A stretch of DNA of 64,000 bases from Phycisphaerales bacterium (GTDB lineage: Bacteria; Planctomycetota; Phycisphaerae; Phycisphaerales; UBA1924), in the NCBI GenBank assembly GCA_965227775.1, contig OZ245777.1:3262142-3326141 (forward strand), given 5' to 3'. Positions 28,474-37,880 of this stretch are shown piece after piece. The position numbers and the translations under genes are program-made. The notes below the pieces were generated by a model. That model did no database searches and had not been told where the DNA came from. It was given only the letters and a program-made list of their open reading frames with translations. Within the stretch, counting starts at the first letter, position 1, and every line of letters begins with the position of its first letter.

Positions 28474-29877
28474 ATGGTCATTCGATCGCTTGCAATCGCA
28501 ACCTTGCTCTTGACCACGTGTGGCACCGCAGTGGGCGGCGACCCCGAGCAGCTCAGTCGCTGGGCCGAAGAGGGCAAGGCGCGGGCCGAGAAGATGCGCG
28601 GCCTGCTGTTCTTGCGCGATGTGCCCGTCGAGCTGATGTCGCGGGACCAGATCGAGCAGGAGATCTTGACAATCGTCGATCGAGATATGCCACCCGAGTG
28701 GCGCATCCAGGTCGATCGTGGGTATAAGGCCTTCGGGCTCGTGCCGCAGGACTCGGACGTGCTGACGGACATGATCAAACTGGTGGTGTCGCAGGCGGGC
28801 GGCTTCTACGACCCCGAGGCCAAGCACGTCATCTTGCCGGACGACCTCGAGGAGTTCATGGGGCAGATGGCCGGAGAGATGGCCGCGGGTGCGCCCGGGT
28901 TTATGGACCCGATGATGCGCAACATTCTGACGCACGAGTTCACCCACGCGTTGCAGGACCAGCACCACGATTTGAACACCATCATGGGCCTGGCCATGGA
29001 CGACGATGACGTGCGATTGGCGCTCACGGCGTTGGTCGAGGGAGATGCGACGCTCATCGGCACGGGCGCGATGATGGACGCCGACGGTGACATGACCAAT
29101 CTGCTACGGCAAGACCCCGCTGCGATGGGCGCGATGATGGGCGCCGGCGGCGGCATGATGGGCGCCGAAGCGAACGCGATGCCCGCCATCCTGAAGGAAA
29201 CGCTCATCTTCCCCTACGTGCACGGCTACGTGCTGGTGACGACGATGGTGCAGCAGGGCGGGTTCGAGAGCGTCGATGCGGCGTTCGACGATCCTCCAGT
29301 GTCCACCGAGCAGCTCTTGCACATCGAGAAGTATCTGGGTGAAGAGCGCGACGAGCCGGTGGCGATCACTATGCCCGACATCAATCTCGGCGAGTTCGGT
29401 TGGGAGCCCGTCGCCCAGAATACGTTTGGCGAATTCCAGACCCGAGTGCTGCTGGGCAACACGCCCGACGCGATCGTGGCCGCCGCGGGCTGGGACGGGG
29501 ATCGCTTCCAGGTGTGGGAGCACGAAGACGGACGCCTGGCAGCGGCATGGATCAGCGTGTGGGACAGCGATGATGATGCGCGGCAGTTCGCCGAGGAATT
29601 GGCGTACCACGAGGGCCGCCGATTCGAGGGCGAGGCCGGGCGTCAGAAGCGCAAGAATGAAGGCGGTCGTCTCGAGATCGCCGTCGGCACCGAGGGTGAC
29701 CTGTCTTGGGTGACTGTCGAAGGCGATACGGTCGTGCTCACCAAGGGCTTCCCAGTCGACACCGTGGGAGCCGTCGAGAGCGCGGTGCGTGGACTCTCCA
29801 CGCGCACCATCAAGACGTGGGCCGACGTGAAGGCGGCCGGGGCGGCGAACGCCGAGCTTGAGACACCGATTCCCTGA
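28474..29877 (+). CDS. Secreted putative zinc metallopeptidase
   Basis: Signal peptide, GFYDP, HEFTHALQDQH, ALVEGDA, FPYVHG, PPVSTEQ, AAGWDGD. Confidence 0.75.
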   Translation: MVIRSLAIATLLLTTCGTAVGGDPEQLSRWAEEGKARAEKMRGLLFLRDVPVELMSRDQIEQEILTIVDRDMPPEWRIQVDRGYKAFGLVPQDSDVLTDMIKLVVSQAGGFYDPEAKHVILPDDLEEFMGQMAGEMAAGAPGFMDPMMRNILTHEFTHALQDQHHDLNTIMGLAMDDDDVRLALTALVEGDATLIGTGAMMDADGDMTNLLRQDPAAMGAMMGAGGGMMGAEANAMPAILKETLIFPYVHGYVLVTTMVQQGGFESVDAAFDDPPVSTEQLLHIEKYLGEERDEPVAITMPDINLGEFGWEPVAQNTFGEFQTRVLLGNTPDAIVAAAGWDGDRFQVWEHEDGRLAAAWISVWDSDDDARQFAEELAYHEGRRFEGEAGRQKRKNEGGRLEIAVGTEGDLSWVTVEGDTVVLTKGFPVDTVGAVESAVRGLSTRTIKTWADVKAAGAANAELETPIP

Positions 29878-29913
29878 CCTTCCAGACGCGACGCACCCGC
29901 CAACGGAGCCTGC

Positions 29914-30954
29914 ATGGACGCGGATACGACATCGACGGAAGCCACACAAGCCGCGGCCGACAAATTTCGGGCCGACTATACCGCAGTGCGTGATCAGGTC
30001 GCCCGCGTTGTGGTGGGCCAGCAAACCACCATTGACGGGCTGCTGACGTGCCTGTTCACGGGCGGGCACGCGCTGCTCGAAGGCGTGCCCGGCATCGGCA
30101 AGACGCTGATGGTGCGCACACTTGCAAGCGCCTTGTCGCTCGACTTCGGTCGTGTGCAGTTCACACCCGACCTGATGCCGGCCGACATCACCGGCACGAC
30201 GGTCATCGATGAGGTCGAGACCGAGGGCGGGCACGTGAAGCGGCAGTTTGCCTTCCAGCGCGGACCGATCTTCGCCCAGATGGTGCTTGCCGACGAGATC
30301 AACCGCGCGACGCCCAAGACGCAGAGCGCCCTGCTTGAGGCCATGCAGGAGCGCCGCGTGACGGTGGCGGGCACGACGCACGAATTGCCGGCACCGTTCT
30401 TTGTGCTGGCGACGCAAAACCCGATCGAGCAAGAGGGCACGTATCCGTTGCCCGAGGCGCAGCTGGATCGGTTCTTCTTCAAGCTTCAGGTTGGTTATGC
30501 GTCACGCGAAGAAATGGGTGAGATCATCGCTCGGACCACAGGAGCCACCGCGGAAGACGCGGAGTCTGTGCTGGATGCAGAGACAATACTGCAGCACCAG
30601 AACCTCGTGAGACGCGTGGCCGTGACCGAGCGTGTGCGCGACTATGCCATCCGGATGGTGATGAGCAGCCATCCGAAGGGACGCGATTCGGACGGCCGCT
30701 TCGCGACGCCGATGGTGAACAAGTACGTGCGTGTGGGCGCTTCGCCGCGTGCGGCGCAGGCCCTCATCCTCGGTGCAAAGTGTCGGGCGCTCGTTGATGG
30801 TCGGCCCTCCGTGGCGATCGAGGATGTGCAGGCCATCGCGCTGCCGGCACTACGACACCGCATTGTGGTGAACTTCGAGGCCGAAGCGGAGGGCGTGCAC
30901 AGCGATCCGATTGTCGAGAACATCGTGCAAACCCTGCCCGCGGAGGGCGTGTGA
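29914..30954 (+). CDS. MoxR-family AAA+ ATPase
   Basis: LLEGVPGIGKT, QFTPDLMPADITG, DEINRATPKTQSALLEAM, ATQNPIEQEGTYPLPEAQLDRF. Confidence 0.95.
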   Translation: MDADTTSTEATQAAADKFRADYTAVRDQVARVVVGQQTTIDGLLTCLFTGGHALLEGVPGIGKTLMVRTLASALSLDFGRVQFTPDLMPADITGTTVIDEVETEGGHVKRQFAFQRGPIFAQMVLADEINRATPKTQSALLEAMQERRVTVAGTTHELPAPFFVLATQNPIEQEGTYPLPEAQLDRFFFKLQVGYASREEMGEIIARTTGATAEDAESVLDAETILQHQNLVRRVAVTERVRDYAIRMVMSSHPKGRDSDGRFATPMVNKYVRVGASPRAAQALILGAKCRALVDGRPSVAIEDVQAIALPALRHRIVVNFEAEAEGVHSDPIVENIVQTLPAEGV

Positions 30955-33086
30955 AGTCACGCTTGATGGGTCGCGACGGCTTGTTCGGTCGTGTGTCGAT
31001 CCGCGTCCTGCTACCGCTGCTGATGGGCTTCCCCGTCGCGCTGGCGACGCTGGTGCTGGTCGAGCTCTGGATTGAAGACACCACGCAGACTACTAGACGC
31101 CTGAACGCCGCCGAGATGGCGCAGATCCACGGCCGCATCAACGAGCGCCTGAGCACGCTGCTCGAAGCGCCTGCTCGCGCGACGAGCGTGCAGCGAGGCC
31201 ACATCCTCAGCGGCCGGCTCGACGCACGGGACCTGCGCTCGTGGCGCGAGCCGCTGCACGAGTTCACGACGGCAATGGACATGCTCAGCGGGCTGAGCTG
31301 GGGTGATGCGAGTGGCAACGCCGTCTGGGTGTTCCGCTATCCGGGCAAGCTGCACACCGAGTTTGCGATCGCTGATACCCGGACGGCCGAGGAAAACGAC
31401 GCGATCGATACCGGATTCGTCGTGGAGTACGCGGTCGATGCGTCGGGCGAGATCATCGATCGCACGGGCGGCTATCCGTTCGACCCACGCGTTCGACCGT
31501 GGTACGTGGGCGCGACAAAGGCAGATCGGCCGACATTCGTTGAGCCCTATGCGTGGCTAAACGTCGATGGTCAGGCCACTACTTTGGGGCTGCCGTTTGT
31601 CGAGCCGGTGTATGCGACTGGATCGCAAGGCTCCGGCCAGGGTGAGTTGCTCGGTGTGCTGGCGGCCGAAATCGGCCTCGAGGACCTATCGGCGTTCCTG
31701 CGCACGCTGCGCGTGGGGCGGGACGGGTTCGTGCTCGTCGTCGACGAGGGCGGCAGGCTCATCGCCCACTCGTTGCCACCCGAAGAGGTGCCGACGATCT
31801 CGCAGATCGACGGCCTTCCGGTAGCGCCCGTGGCAACCCAGAGCGCCGACGCACGCGTACGCGATGCCGCAAACCACGCGGCTCGCGTCGTTGCTGGCCA
31901 GGGCACGAAGTTGGACGCGGGTTCGGCATCCGGAGCTACAGATGACACTGTTCGCGCCGATCAAATCGCGGCGCAGCGAGAACCCATGACCTCCACGGCC
32001 TTGATCGCGTCGGCGCCCATGCTCGTACGCGTGTCGAGCTATCGCAACGCGCCAGGTCTCGACTGGCGCATCATCACGGCCCTGCCCGAGGCTGAATTGC
32101 TCGAGCCGGTGGCTGCCACCCGGACGAGCAGCGATCGCGCCATCACGATCGCGTTCGTCTCGACAATCCTCATCGGCCTCGCGCTCGGGCTGCTCGCAAC
32201 GCTTCCGGTCTCTCGCTTGGTTCGGGAGATCGGTCGCGTGGGCGAGGGCAAACTCGACGAGCGCATCGAGCCGGGCGCGACGGCCGAGCTTGGCCGTATC
32301 GCCGACGCGGTTAACGTGATGGCCGAGGACCTGAAGGACCGCATCCGATTGCGCGAGAGCCTGCTTGTGGCGATGGAGGTGCAGAAGAACCTGCTACCGC
32401 AAGGACCGCCCAACATTGAGGGTCTCGACGTTGCGGGGCACAGCACGTACTGCGACGAGACCGGTGGCGACTACTACGACTACCTGCATATCGAGGGCCT
32501 CGACGAATCCTGCGCAGCACTGGCGATCGGCGACGTGGTGGGCCACGGTGTCGCGGCGGCCATGCTCATGGCGACGGCCCGTGGCATCTTGCGCAGTCGC
32601 TGCCACAAGCCGGGAAGCCTGGGCGAACTGCTCACCCACCTGAACGATCTGCTCGTCGACGACACGGGTGGCGAGCGGTTTATGACGATGCTGCTCGTGG
32701 TGCTTGATTCGCAACGCCGCACGCTCTCGTGGGCTTCGGCCGGGCACGGCCCGCCGATGGTGTACAAGGCCGATGACGACCGATTCCTCGAACTCGCCGG
32801 CGGCGGCATCCCGCTCGGTCTGTTTGGCTCCAAGCCTTACGAGACGTACGAAACCGAGACGCTCCGAAAAGGCGACGTGATCGTGCTCTCCACCGACGGC
32901 ATCTGGGAGGCCAGACGGACCGACGGGGAGTTTTACGGCATGGAGCGGCTCCAGATGATCGTGCGAACGAACGCTGGCAAGTCCGCCGACGAGATCGCCG
33001 AGGCGATCCGCAGCGATCACGCCGAGCAATGCGGCGAACGCTGCCACGACGACGATGTGACGTTCGTGGTCGCGAAGCTGGCATGA
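30951..33086 (+). CDS. Membrane Cache/HAMP-SpoIIE (PP2C) phosphatase
   Basis: TM, FDPRVRPWY Cache motif, TM-HAMP, ETGGDYYD, GDVVGHG, TDGIWE, DDVT. Confidence 0.9.
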   Translation: MKSRLMGRDGLFGRVSIRVLLPLLMGFPVALATLVLVELWIEDTTQTTRRLNAAEMAQIHGRINERLSTLLEAPARATSVQRGHILSGRLDARDLRSWREPLHEFTTAMDMLSGLSWGDASGNAVWVFRYPGKLHTEFAIADTRTAEENDAIDTGFVVEYAVDASGEIIDRTGGYPFDPRVRPWYVGATKADRPTFVEPYAWLNVDGQATTLGLPFVEPVYATGSQGSGQGELLGVLAAEIGLEDLSAFLRTLRVGRDGFVLVVDEGGRLIAHSLPPEEVPTISQIDGLPVAPVATQSADARVRDAANHAARVVAGQGTKLDAGSASGATDDTVRADQIAAQREPMTSTALIASAPMLVRVSSYRNAPGLDWRIITALPEAELLEPVAATRTSSDRAITIAFVSTILIGLALGLLATLPVSRLVREIGRVGEGKLDERIEPGATAELGRIADAVNVMAEDLKDRIRLRESLLVAMEVQKNLLPQGPPNIEGLDVAGHSTYCDETGGDYYDYLHIEGLDESCAALAIGDVVGHGVAAAMLMATARGILRSRCHKPGSLGELLTHLNDLLVDDTGGERFMTMLLVVLDSQRRTLSWASAGHGPPMVYKADDDRFLELAGGGIPLGLFGSKPYETYETETLRKGDVIVLSTDGIWEARRTDGEFYGMERLQMIVRTNAGKSADEIAEAIRSDHAEQCGERCHDDDVTFVVAKLA

Positions 33087-33117
33087 TATCGATGGCCTCA
33101 GCGCGCTAACCTCGGCC

Positions 33118-33867
33118 ATGTTCGCCCTACGCGGCATCCGCAAGGCCTTCGGGCAGACAACTGTGCTCGACGGCATCGAACTGCGAATCGAGCCGAGGAC
33201 GACCGTGGCGCTCATTGGTCCGAGCGGCTGTGGAAAGTCCACGCTGCTCCGCCTGATGAACGGCTTGCTGCAGCCCGACGCCGGCGAGGTCTCGTTCGAT
33301 GGCGCGCCGCTCGATCCATCGACGCTCACATCGATTCGCCGGCGGATTGGCTATGTCGTGCAAGAGGGTGGGCTGTTCGCACACCTCACGGCTCAGCAGA
33401 ACGTGACACTGCTGGGCAGACGCCTCGGCTGGAGCCGGACCCAGGCGCGCGACCGGGCCCACGAGCTGGCGGCGCTTGCACGGCTCGATGCTTCGCTCCT
33501 GGCCCGGTTCCCGCACGAACTCAGCGGCGGTCAGCGGCAGCGGGTGGCCCTGATGCGTGCGCTCGCGAGTGACCCCGAAGCGCTGCTGCTCGACGAGCCG
33601 CTCGGGGCGCTCGACCCGATGGTGCGGGCCGATCTGCAGGACGAACTCAGAGCGCTGTTCGAGCGGCTCGACAAGACCGTGGTACTCGTCACGCACGATC
33701 TGGCGGAGGCCCGGCACCTGGCCAGCCGCGTGGTGCTGCTGCACGAGGGCCGAATCGCCCAGGACGGCCCGCATGAATCACTTCTCCGCGATCCCGCGAA
33801 CGACTTCGTGCGGCGATTCGTGAGCGCACAGCGCCGGCTGCATGGGTTGGAAGGAGCCGCATCGTGA
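33118..33867 (+). CDS. ABC transporter ATPase, osmoprotectant/betaine type
   Basis: GPSGCGKST, LSGGQRQRV, LLDEPLGALD. Confidence 0.92.
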   Translation: MFALRGIRKAFGQTTVLDGIELRIEPRTTVALIGPSGCGKSTLLRLMNGLLQPDAGEVSFDGAPLDPSTLTSIRRRIGYVVQEGGLFAHLTAQQNVTLLGRRLGWSRTQARDRAHELAALARLDASLLARFPHELSGGQRQRVALMRALASDPEALLLDEPLGALDPMVRADLQDELRALFERLDKTVVLVTHDLAEARHLASRVVLLHEGRIAQDGPHESLLRDPANDFVRRFVSAQRRLHGLEGAAS

Positions 33868-35357
33868 TCCGGGCGGCTGTCATTGTTCTGCTGTGCGTTG
33901 CGGCGGTCACACGTGGGCAAGAGACGCTCACGATCGGCTCGAAGAGCTTCACCGAGTCGGTGCTGCTCGGAGAGTTGCTGGCTGAACGAGCGGAGCGCGA
34001 TGGGCTGCGTGTCGAGCACAAGTCCTCACTCCGGGGCACGCGTCTGGTTTTCGAGGCGGTCCGATCGGGTGCGGTGGACGTATATCCGGAGTACACGGGC
34101 ACGCTGCTACGGGAGGTGTTCGCCGATCAGGGGCTATCTACGGAAGCCGAGCTCCGCGATGCGCTTGCCGACGTTGGCTTGGCCATGAGCGAGCCAATCG
34201 GATTCAACAACACCTACGCCATCGGCGTGATGCCCACCACGGCCGAGCGATTGGGGCTGGCGACGATCAGCGACTTGCGCAGGGCACCGGAGCTCACATT
34301 CGGATTTACCAACGAGTTCATCGAGCGCAACGACGGCTGGCGCGCGCTTCGCGACGCCTACGGGCTTCCGCAAGCGAACATACAGGGCATCGATCATGAT
34401 CTGGGCTATCAGGCCCTTGGAAGCGGCGCCATCGATGCGAAGGAGATCTACACGACCGACGCAAAGATCGAGAGCATGGGCATCACGGTGCTCGCTGACG
34501 ACCTCGGGCACTTTCCGCGTTACGACGCGGTGTGGATCTATCGCCTCGATCTGGCCGACCGCATGCCCGGTGCGATCGACGCGATCGAGAAGCTCACGGG
34601 CGTGCTCGACGAAGCGGCGATGTCGGCGCTCAATGCCCAGGTCGACGTCGAGGGCCGCGAAGAACGCAGCGTCGCCCGGAACTACTTCGATACCGGCGGC
34701 GTCTCGGGCGGCGTGCTGACGCTGAACGAACGAATCCGCCAGGCAGCCGGGGAGATCCCGCTCCGCACGCTCGAGCACGCGATCCTCGTGGGCATCTCGA
34801 TGTTGCTGGCAATCGCCATCGCTGTCCCCCTCGGCGTGCTCGCAGCGCGCTCGCCCCGGTTTGAGCAGATCGTACTTGGGGTGAGCGGCGTGCTGCAGAC
34901 CATACCCAGCCTCGCGCTACTCGCACTGCTCGTGAGCCTGTTGGCCATCACGGGTCAAATACCCACGATCATCGCACTGTTCGTGTACTCGCTGCTGCCG
35001 ATTGTTCGAACGACACACGCCGGCCTGACGCAGATCTCGCAAGCAGTCCGTGATTCGGCTCGCTCGCTCGGCCTCCCGCGCGGACGCATGCTGCTGGACG
35101 TTGAACTCCCGCTCGCCTTGCCGAGCATCTTCGCGGGCATCAAGACCGCCGTCGTCATCAACGTCGGGACGGCAACGCTTGGTGGATTTATCGCTGCGGG
35201 TGGTTATGGCGTGCCAATACTCGCGGGCATTCGTCGGGCGGACACGGTGCTCATTCTCGCCGGACTGGTGCCCTCGGCGCTCATGGCCGTGGTGTTTACA
35301 TTCCTTCTAGACGCTCTTGAGCGCGTTCTTACGCCTTCTGGGGCACGAACGCGTTGA
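33864..35357 (+). CDS. Fused betaine-type substrate-binding protein + ABC permease
   Basis: GSKSFTES, YPEYTGT, NNTYA, FPRY; C-terminal permease QTIPSLALL..ELPLA. Confidence 0.9.
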   Translation: MIRAAVIVLLCVAAVTRGQETLTIGSKSFTESVLLGELLAERAERDGLRVEHKSSLRGTRLVFEAVRSGAVDVYPEYTGTLLREVFADQGLSTEAELRDALADVGLAMSEPIGFNNTYAIGVMPTTAERLGLATISDLRRAPELTFGFTNEFIERNDGWRALRDAYGLPQANIQGIDHDLGYQALGSGAIDAKEIYTTDAKIESMGITVLADDLGHFPRYDAVWIYRLDLADRMPGAIDAIEKLTGVLDEAAMSALNAQVDVEGREERSVARNYFDTGGVSGGVLTLNERIRQAAGEIPLRTLEHAILVGISMLLAIAIAVPLGVLAARSPRFEQIVLGVSGVLQTIPSLALLALLVSLLAITGQIPTIIALFVYSLLPIVRTTHAGLTQISQAVRDSARSLGLPRGRMLLDVELPLALPSIFAGIKTAVVINVGTATLGGFIAAGGYGVPILAGIRRADTVLILAGLVPSALMAVVFTFLLDALERVLTPSGARTR

Positions 35358-35435
35358 GAATTCCTCACGCGCTGCGGACAATCCACAATGTGTCCTTGGA
35401 GGGGTGATCGTCCTAAAGAATCGCGCTAGCCTGCC

Positions 35436-36824
35436 ATGATCCGAAACGCCCCACGCGAAAGGACGGGCGATATGGGACTCAGCATCGCACGGGCGCCGCT
35501 GGTTGGCGCCTCGCTGGCGGAGCGGTACGAAGCTGTCCGAGCTGCGACCGACGCCCTCCGACGCCCATTGACGCCCGAGGACTGCGTCGTCCAGTCGATG
35601 ACCGACGCGAGCCCGGCTAAGTGGCATCTCGCACACACGACGTGGTTCTTCGAGCAATTCGTGCTCTCTCAAGTGGAGCCGGGGCGTCGCTTCGATGACC
35701 GATTCGCATATCTCTTCAATAGTTACTACACGCAGGTCGGTGATCGCCAACCCCGACACTCTCGTGGCATGATGACGCGTCCATCGCTCCAGTCGGTGCT
35801 CGACTACCGCGCCCATGTTGATGAGCGGATGATGGCGTTGTTGACTTCTGATGCACTGAGCGACGAGGTGAGACGCGTTACCGAGATCGGAATCAACCAC
35901 GAGCAGCAGCACCAAGAGCTTTTTCTTACAGATATCCGCCACGCGCTGTGGTGTGGCGCTGCGTGCGAGGCGTACGACCCCAGCGACGAGTTCACCGGTC
36001 CGACCAATCCTGACGCGCCCCGAGCTCCGACGAAATGGGTCGAATTCGAGGCTGGCCTGCTATGGATCGGTTGCGATGGGCCCGCGTTCTGCTACGACAA
36101 CGAACAGCCATGTCACAAGGTCTACCTACGACCGTTCGCGCTTGCCAGCCGGCCGGTCACGTGTGGCCAGTTCATCGAGTTCATACAAGACGGCGGCTAC
36201 GAGCAAGAGCACCTGTGGCTCGACGAGGGCGCCGCCGCGGTGAAGGCAGAAGGCTGGATCGCCCCGATGTACTGGATCCCGCCCGGCTGTGATCGGTGCG
36301 GGCCCGCAGCCGGATGGCGTGTCTCGACGATGCACGGCGAGCGCGATGTGAACCCAAACGAGCCGCTCTCGAACATTAGCTTCTTTGAGGCCGAAGCTTT
36401 CGCTCGCTGGGCCGGGGCGCGGCTTCCGACAGAGTTCGAGTGGGAGGCTGCGTGCCTGCGTGATCTCGAACGCGCCGATGCGTCGTGGACCGACGCGGTT
36501 GAATCTGCGCACATGCTCGAGCACGGCGTATTCCATCCGACCGACTTGGGCGCGGCGGATCACATCGGCCCAGGCGAACTCGAAGGCATGTTCGGCTCGG
36601 TCTGGGAATGGACGCGGAGCGGCTACGACCCCTACCCCGGATATGCGGCCGAGCCCGGGGCGTTGGGGGAGTACAATGGCAAATTCATGAGTAGCCAGTA
36701 TGTGCTGCGTGGCGGCTCGTGCGCCACGTCGTCGAGCCATGTCCGGCCGACGTATCGGAACTTCTTCCACCCCAACAAGCGCTGGCAATTCAGCGGCCTG
36801 CGCCTCGCGAAAGACACCGCCTGA
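35436..36824 (+). CDS. egtB: Ergothioneine biosynthesis sulfoxide synthase EgtB (start may be 35472)
   Basis: QSMTDASPAKWHLAHTTWFFE, LFNSYY, HEQQHQEL, FGE-like domain, YRNFF..RWQFSGLRLA. Confidence 0.93.
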   Translation: MIRNAPRERTGDMGLSIARAPLVGASLAERYEAVRAATDALRRPLTPEDCVVQSMTDASPAKWHLAHTTWFFEQFVLSQVEPGRRFDDRFAYLFNSYYTQVGDRQPRHSRGMMTRPSLQSVLDYRAHVDERMMALLTSDALSDEVRRVTEIGINHEQQHQELFLTDIRHALWCGAACEAYDPSDEFTGPTNPDAPRAPTKWVEFEAGLLWIGCDGPAFCYDNEQPCHKVYLRPFALASRPVTCGQFIEFIQDGGYEQEHLWLDEGAAAVKAEGWIAPMYWIPPGCDRCGPAAGWRVSTMHGERDVNPNEPLSNISFFEAEAFARWAGARLPTEFEWEAACLRDLERADASWTDAVESAHMLEHGVFHPTDLGAADHIGPGELEGMFGSVWEWTRSGYDPYPGYAAEPGALGEYNGKFMSSQYVLRGGSCATSSSHVRPTYRNFFHPNKRWQFSGLRLAKDTA

Positions 36825-37859
36825 ATGACAACGTCCGATTCCAACCCCGAGCGCCAGGCCGTGGTGCTCGAACTCGATGCCGCGCAGGACGACACGCCGT
36901 CGTCCGAGTCACGCGGCCGCAACCAGGAACTCGCGGCGTTTAGGGCCGATGCGCTCGAAGGGCTCGCCCAGCCTCAGAAGCAGATCCCTAGTAAGTACCT
37001 GTATGACTCGATCGGCGCCAAGCTTTTCGAGCAGATTACGGAGCAACCCGAGTACTACCCCACGCGAACCGAGATGGCGTTGCTCCGCCAGCATGCGCCA
37101 GAGATTGCTGCCGAAATCGGGCCAGGAGCGACCATCGTCGAGCCCGGCAGTGGCGCGGGCGAGAAGGTCGAGATCCTGATTCACGCGCTTGAATCACCTC
37201 GAGCGATGGTACCGGTCGACATCGCACGCGAGCAACTCCGCCGCGTCGCACGCACGCTAGCGGCCCGGCACTCGTCGCTAGAAATCGTGCCGCTGTGGGC
37301 CGACTTCACGCGAGCGATCGCCGTTCCCGAACGGGTCGCCTGCCTCCACCCGCGGCTGGTCTTCTTCCCGGGGTCGACGATCGGGAACTTCCTGCCAGAC
37401 GTGCAGCAGAGCTTGCTGCGTGCACTCGCGTCGCTTGCGGGTGAGGATGGCAGCCTGCTCATCGGCTTCGATCGCATCAAGGACGAATCGGTGCTTGTGC
37501 CGGCCTACGACGACGCGGCTGGCGTGACGCGAGCCTTTGAGATGAACATCCTCGCGCGTCTCAATCGTGAACTTGAAGCAGATGCCGATCCGGCGCAGTT
37601 CGACTACGAAGCCAGGTGGGATGCCGAGCACGCGCGGGTCGAGATGCACCTCATCGCTCGAGAAACGCACGCCATCGAGATTGGCGGCAGGCGCTTCGAG
37701 TTTGCCGAAGGCGAAACGCTTTGGAATGAGAGCAGCTACAAGTACGACTTGGGGAGCATCGAACGCCTGGCACAGGGAGCCGGGCTTGGCGTTCACGCCA
37801 CCTGGAGCGACGACAAGGAGTGGTTCACGATCGCTTTGCTCCGACAGACGGATGCCTAA
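36825..37859 (+). CDS. egtD: L-histidine N-alpha-trimethyltransferase EgtD
   Basis: KYLYDSIGAKLFEQIT..EYYPTRTE, FPGSTIGN, AYDDAAGVT, ESSYKY. Confidence 0.95.
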   Translation: MTTSDSNPERQAVVLELDAAQDDTPSSESRGRNQELAAFRADALEGLAQPQKQIPSKYLYDSIGAKLFEQITEQPEYYPTRTEMALLRQHAPEIAAEIGPGATIVEPGSGAGEKVEILIHALESPRAMVPVDIAREQLRRVARTLAARHSSLEIVPLWADFTRAIAVPERVACLHPRLVFFPGSTIGNFLPDVQQSLLRALASLAGEDGSLLIGFDRIKDESVLVPAYDDAAGVTRAFEMNILARLNRELEADADPAQFDYEARWDAEHARVEMHLIARETHAIEIGGRRFEFAEGETLWNESSYKYDLGSIERLAQGAGLGVHATWSDDKEWFTIALLRQTDA

Positions 37860-37880
37860 GCGCGGCGTGCATCGCCTGCC

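Noticed and set aside
35379..35398. ggaca-N10-tgtcc palindrome upstream of egtB as an operator or riboswitch
   Set aside because: Only 5-bp arms and no recognisable riboswitch consensus
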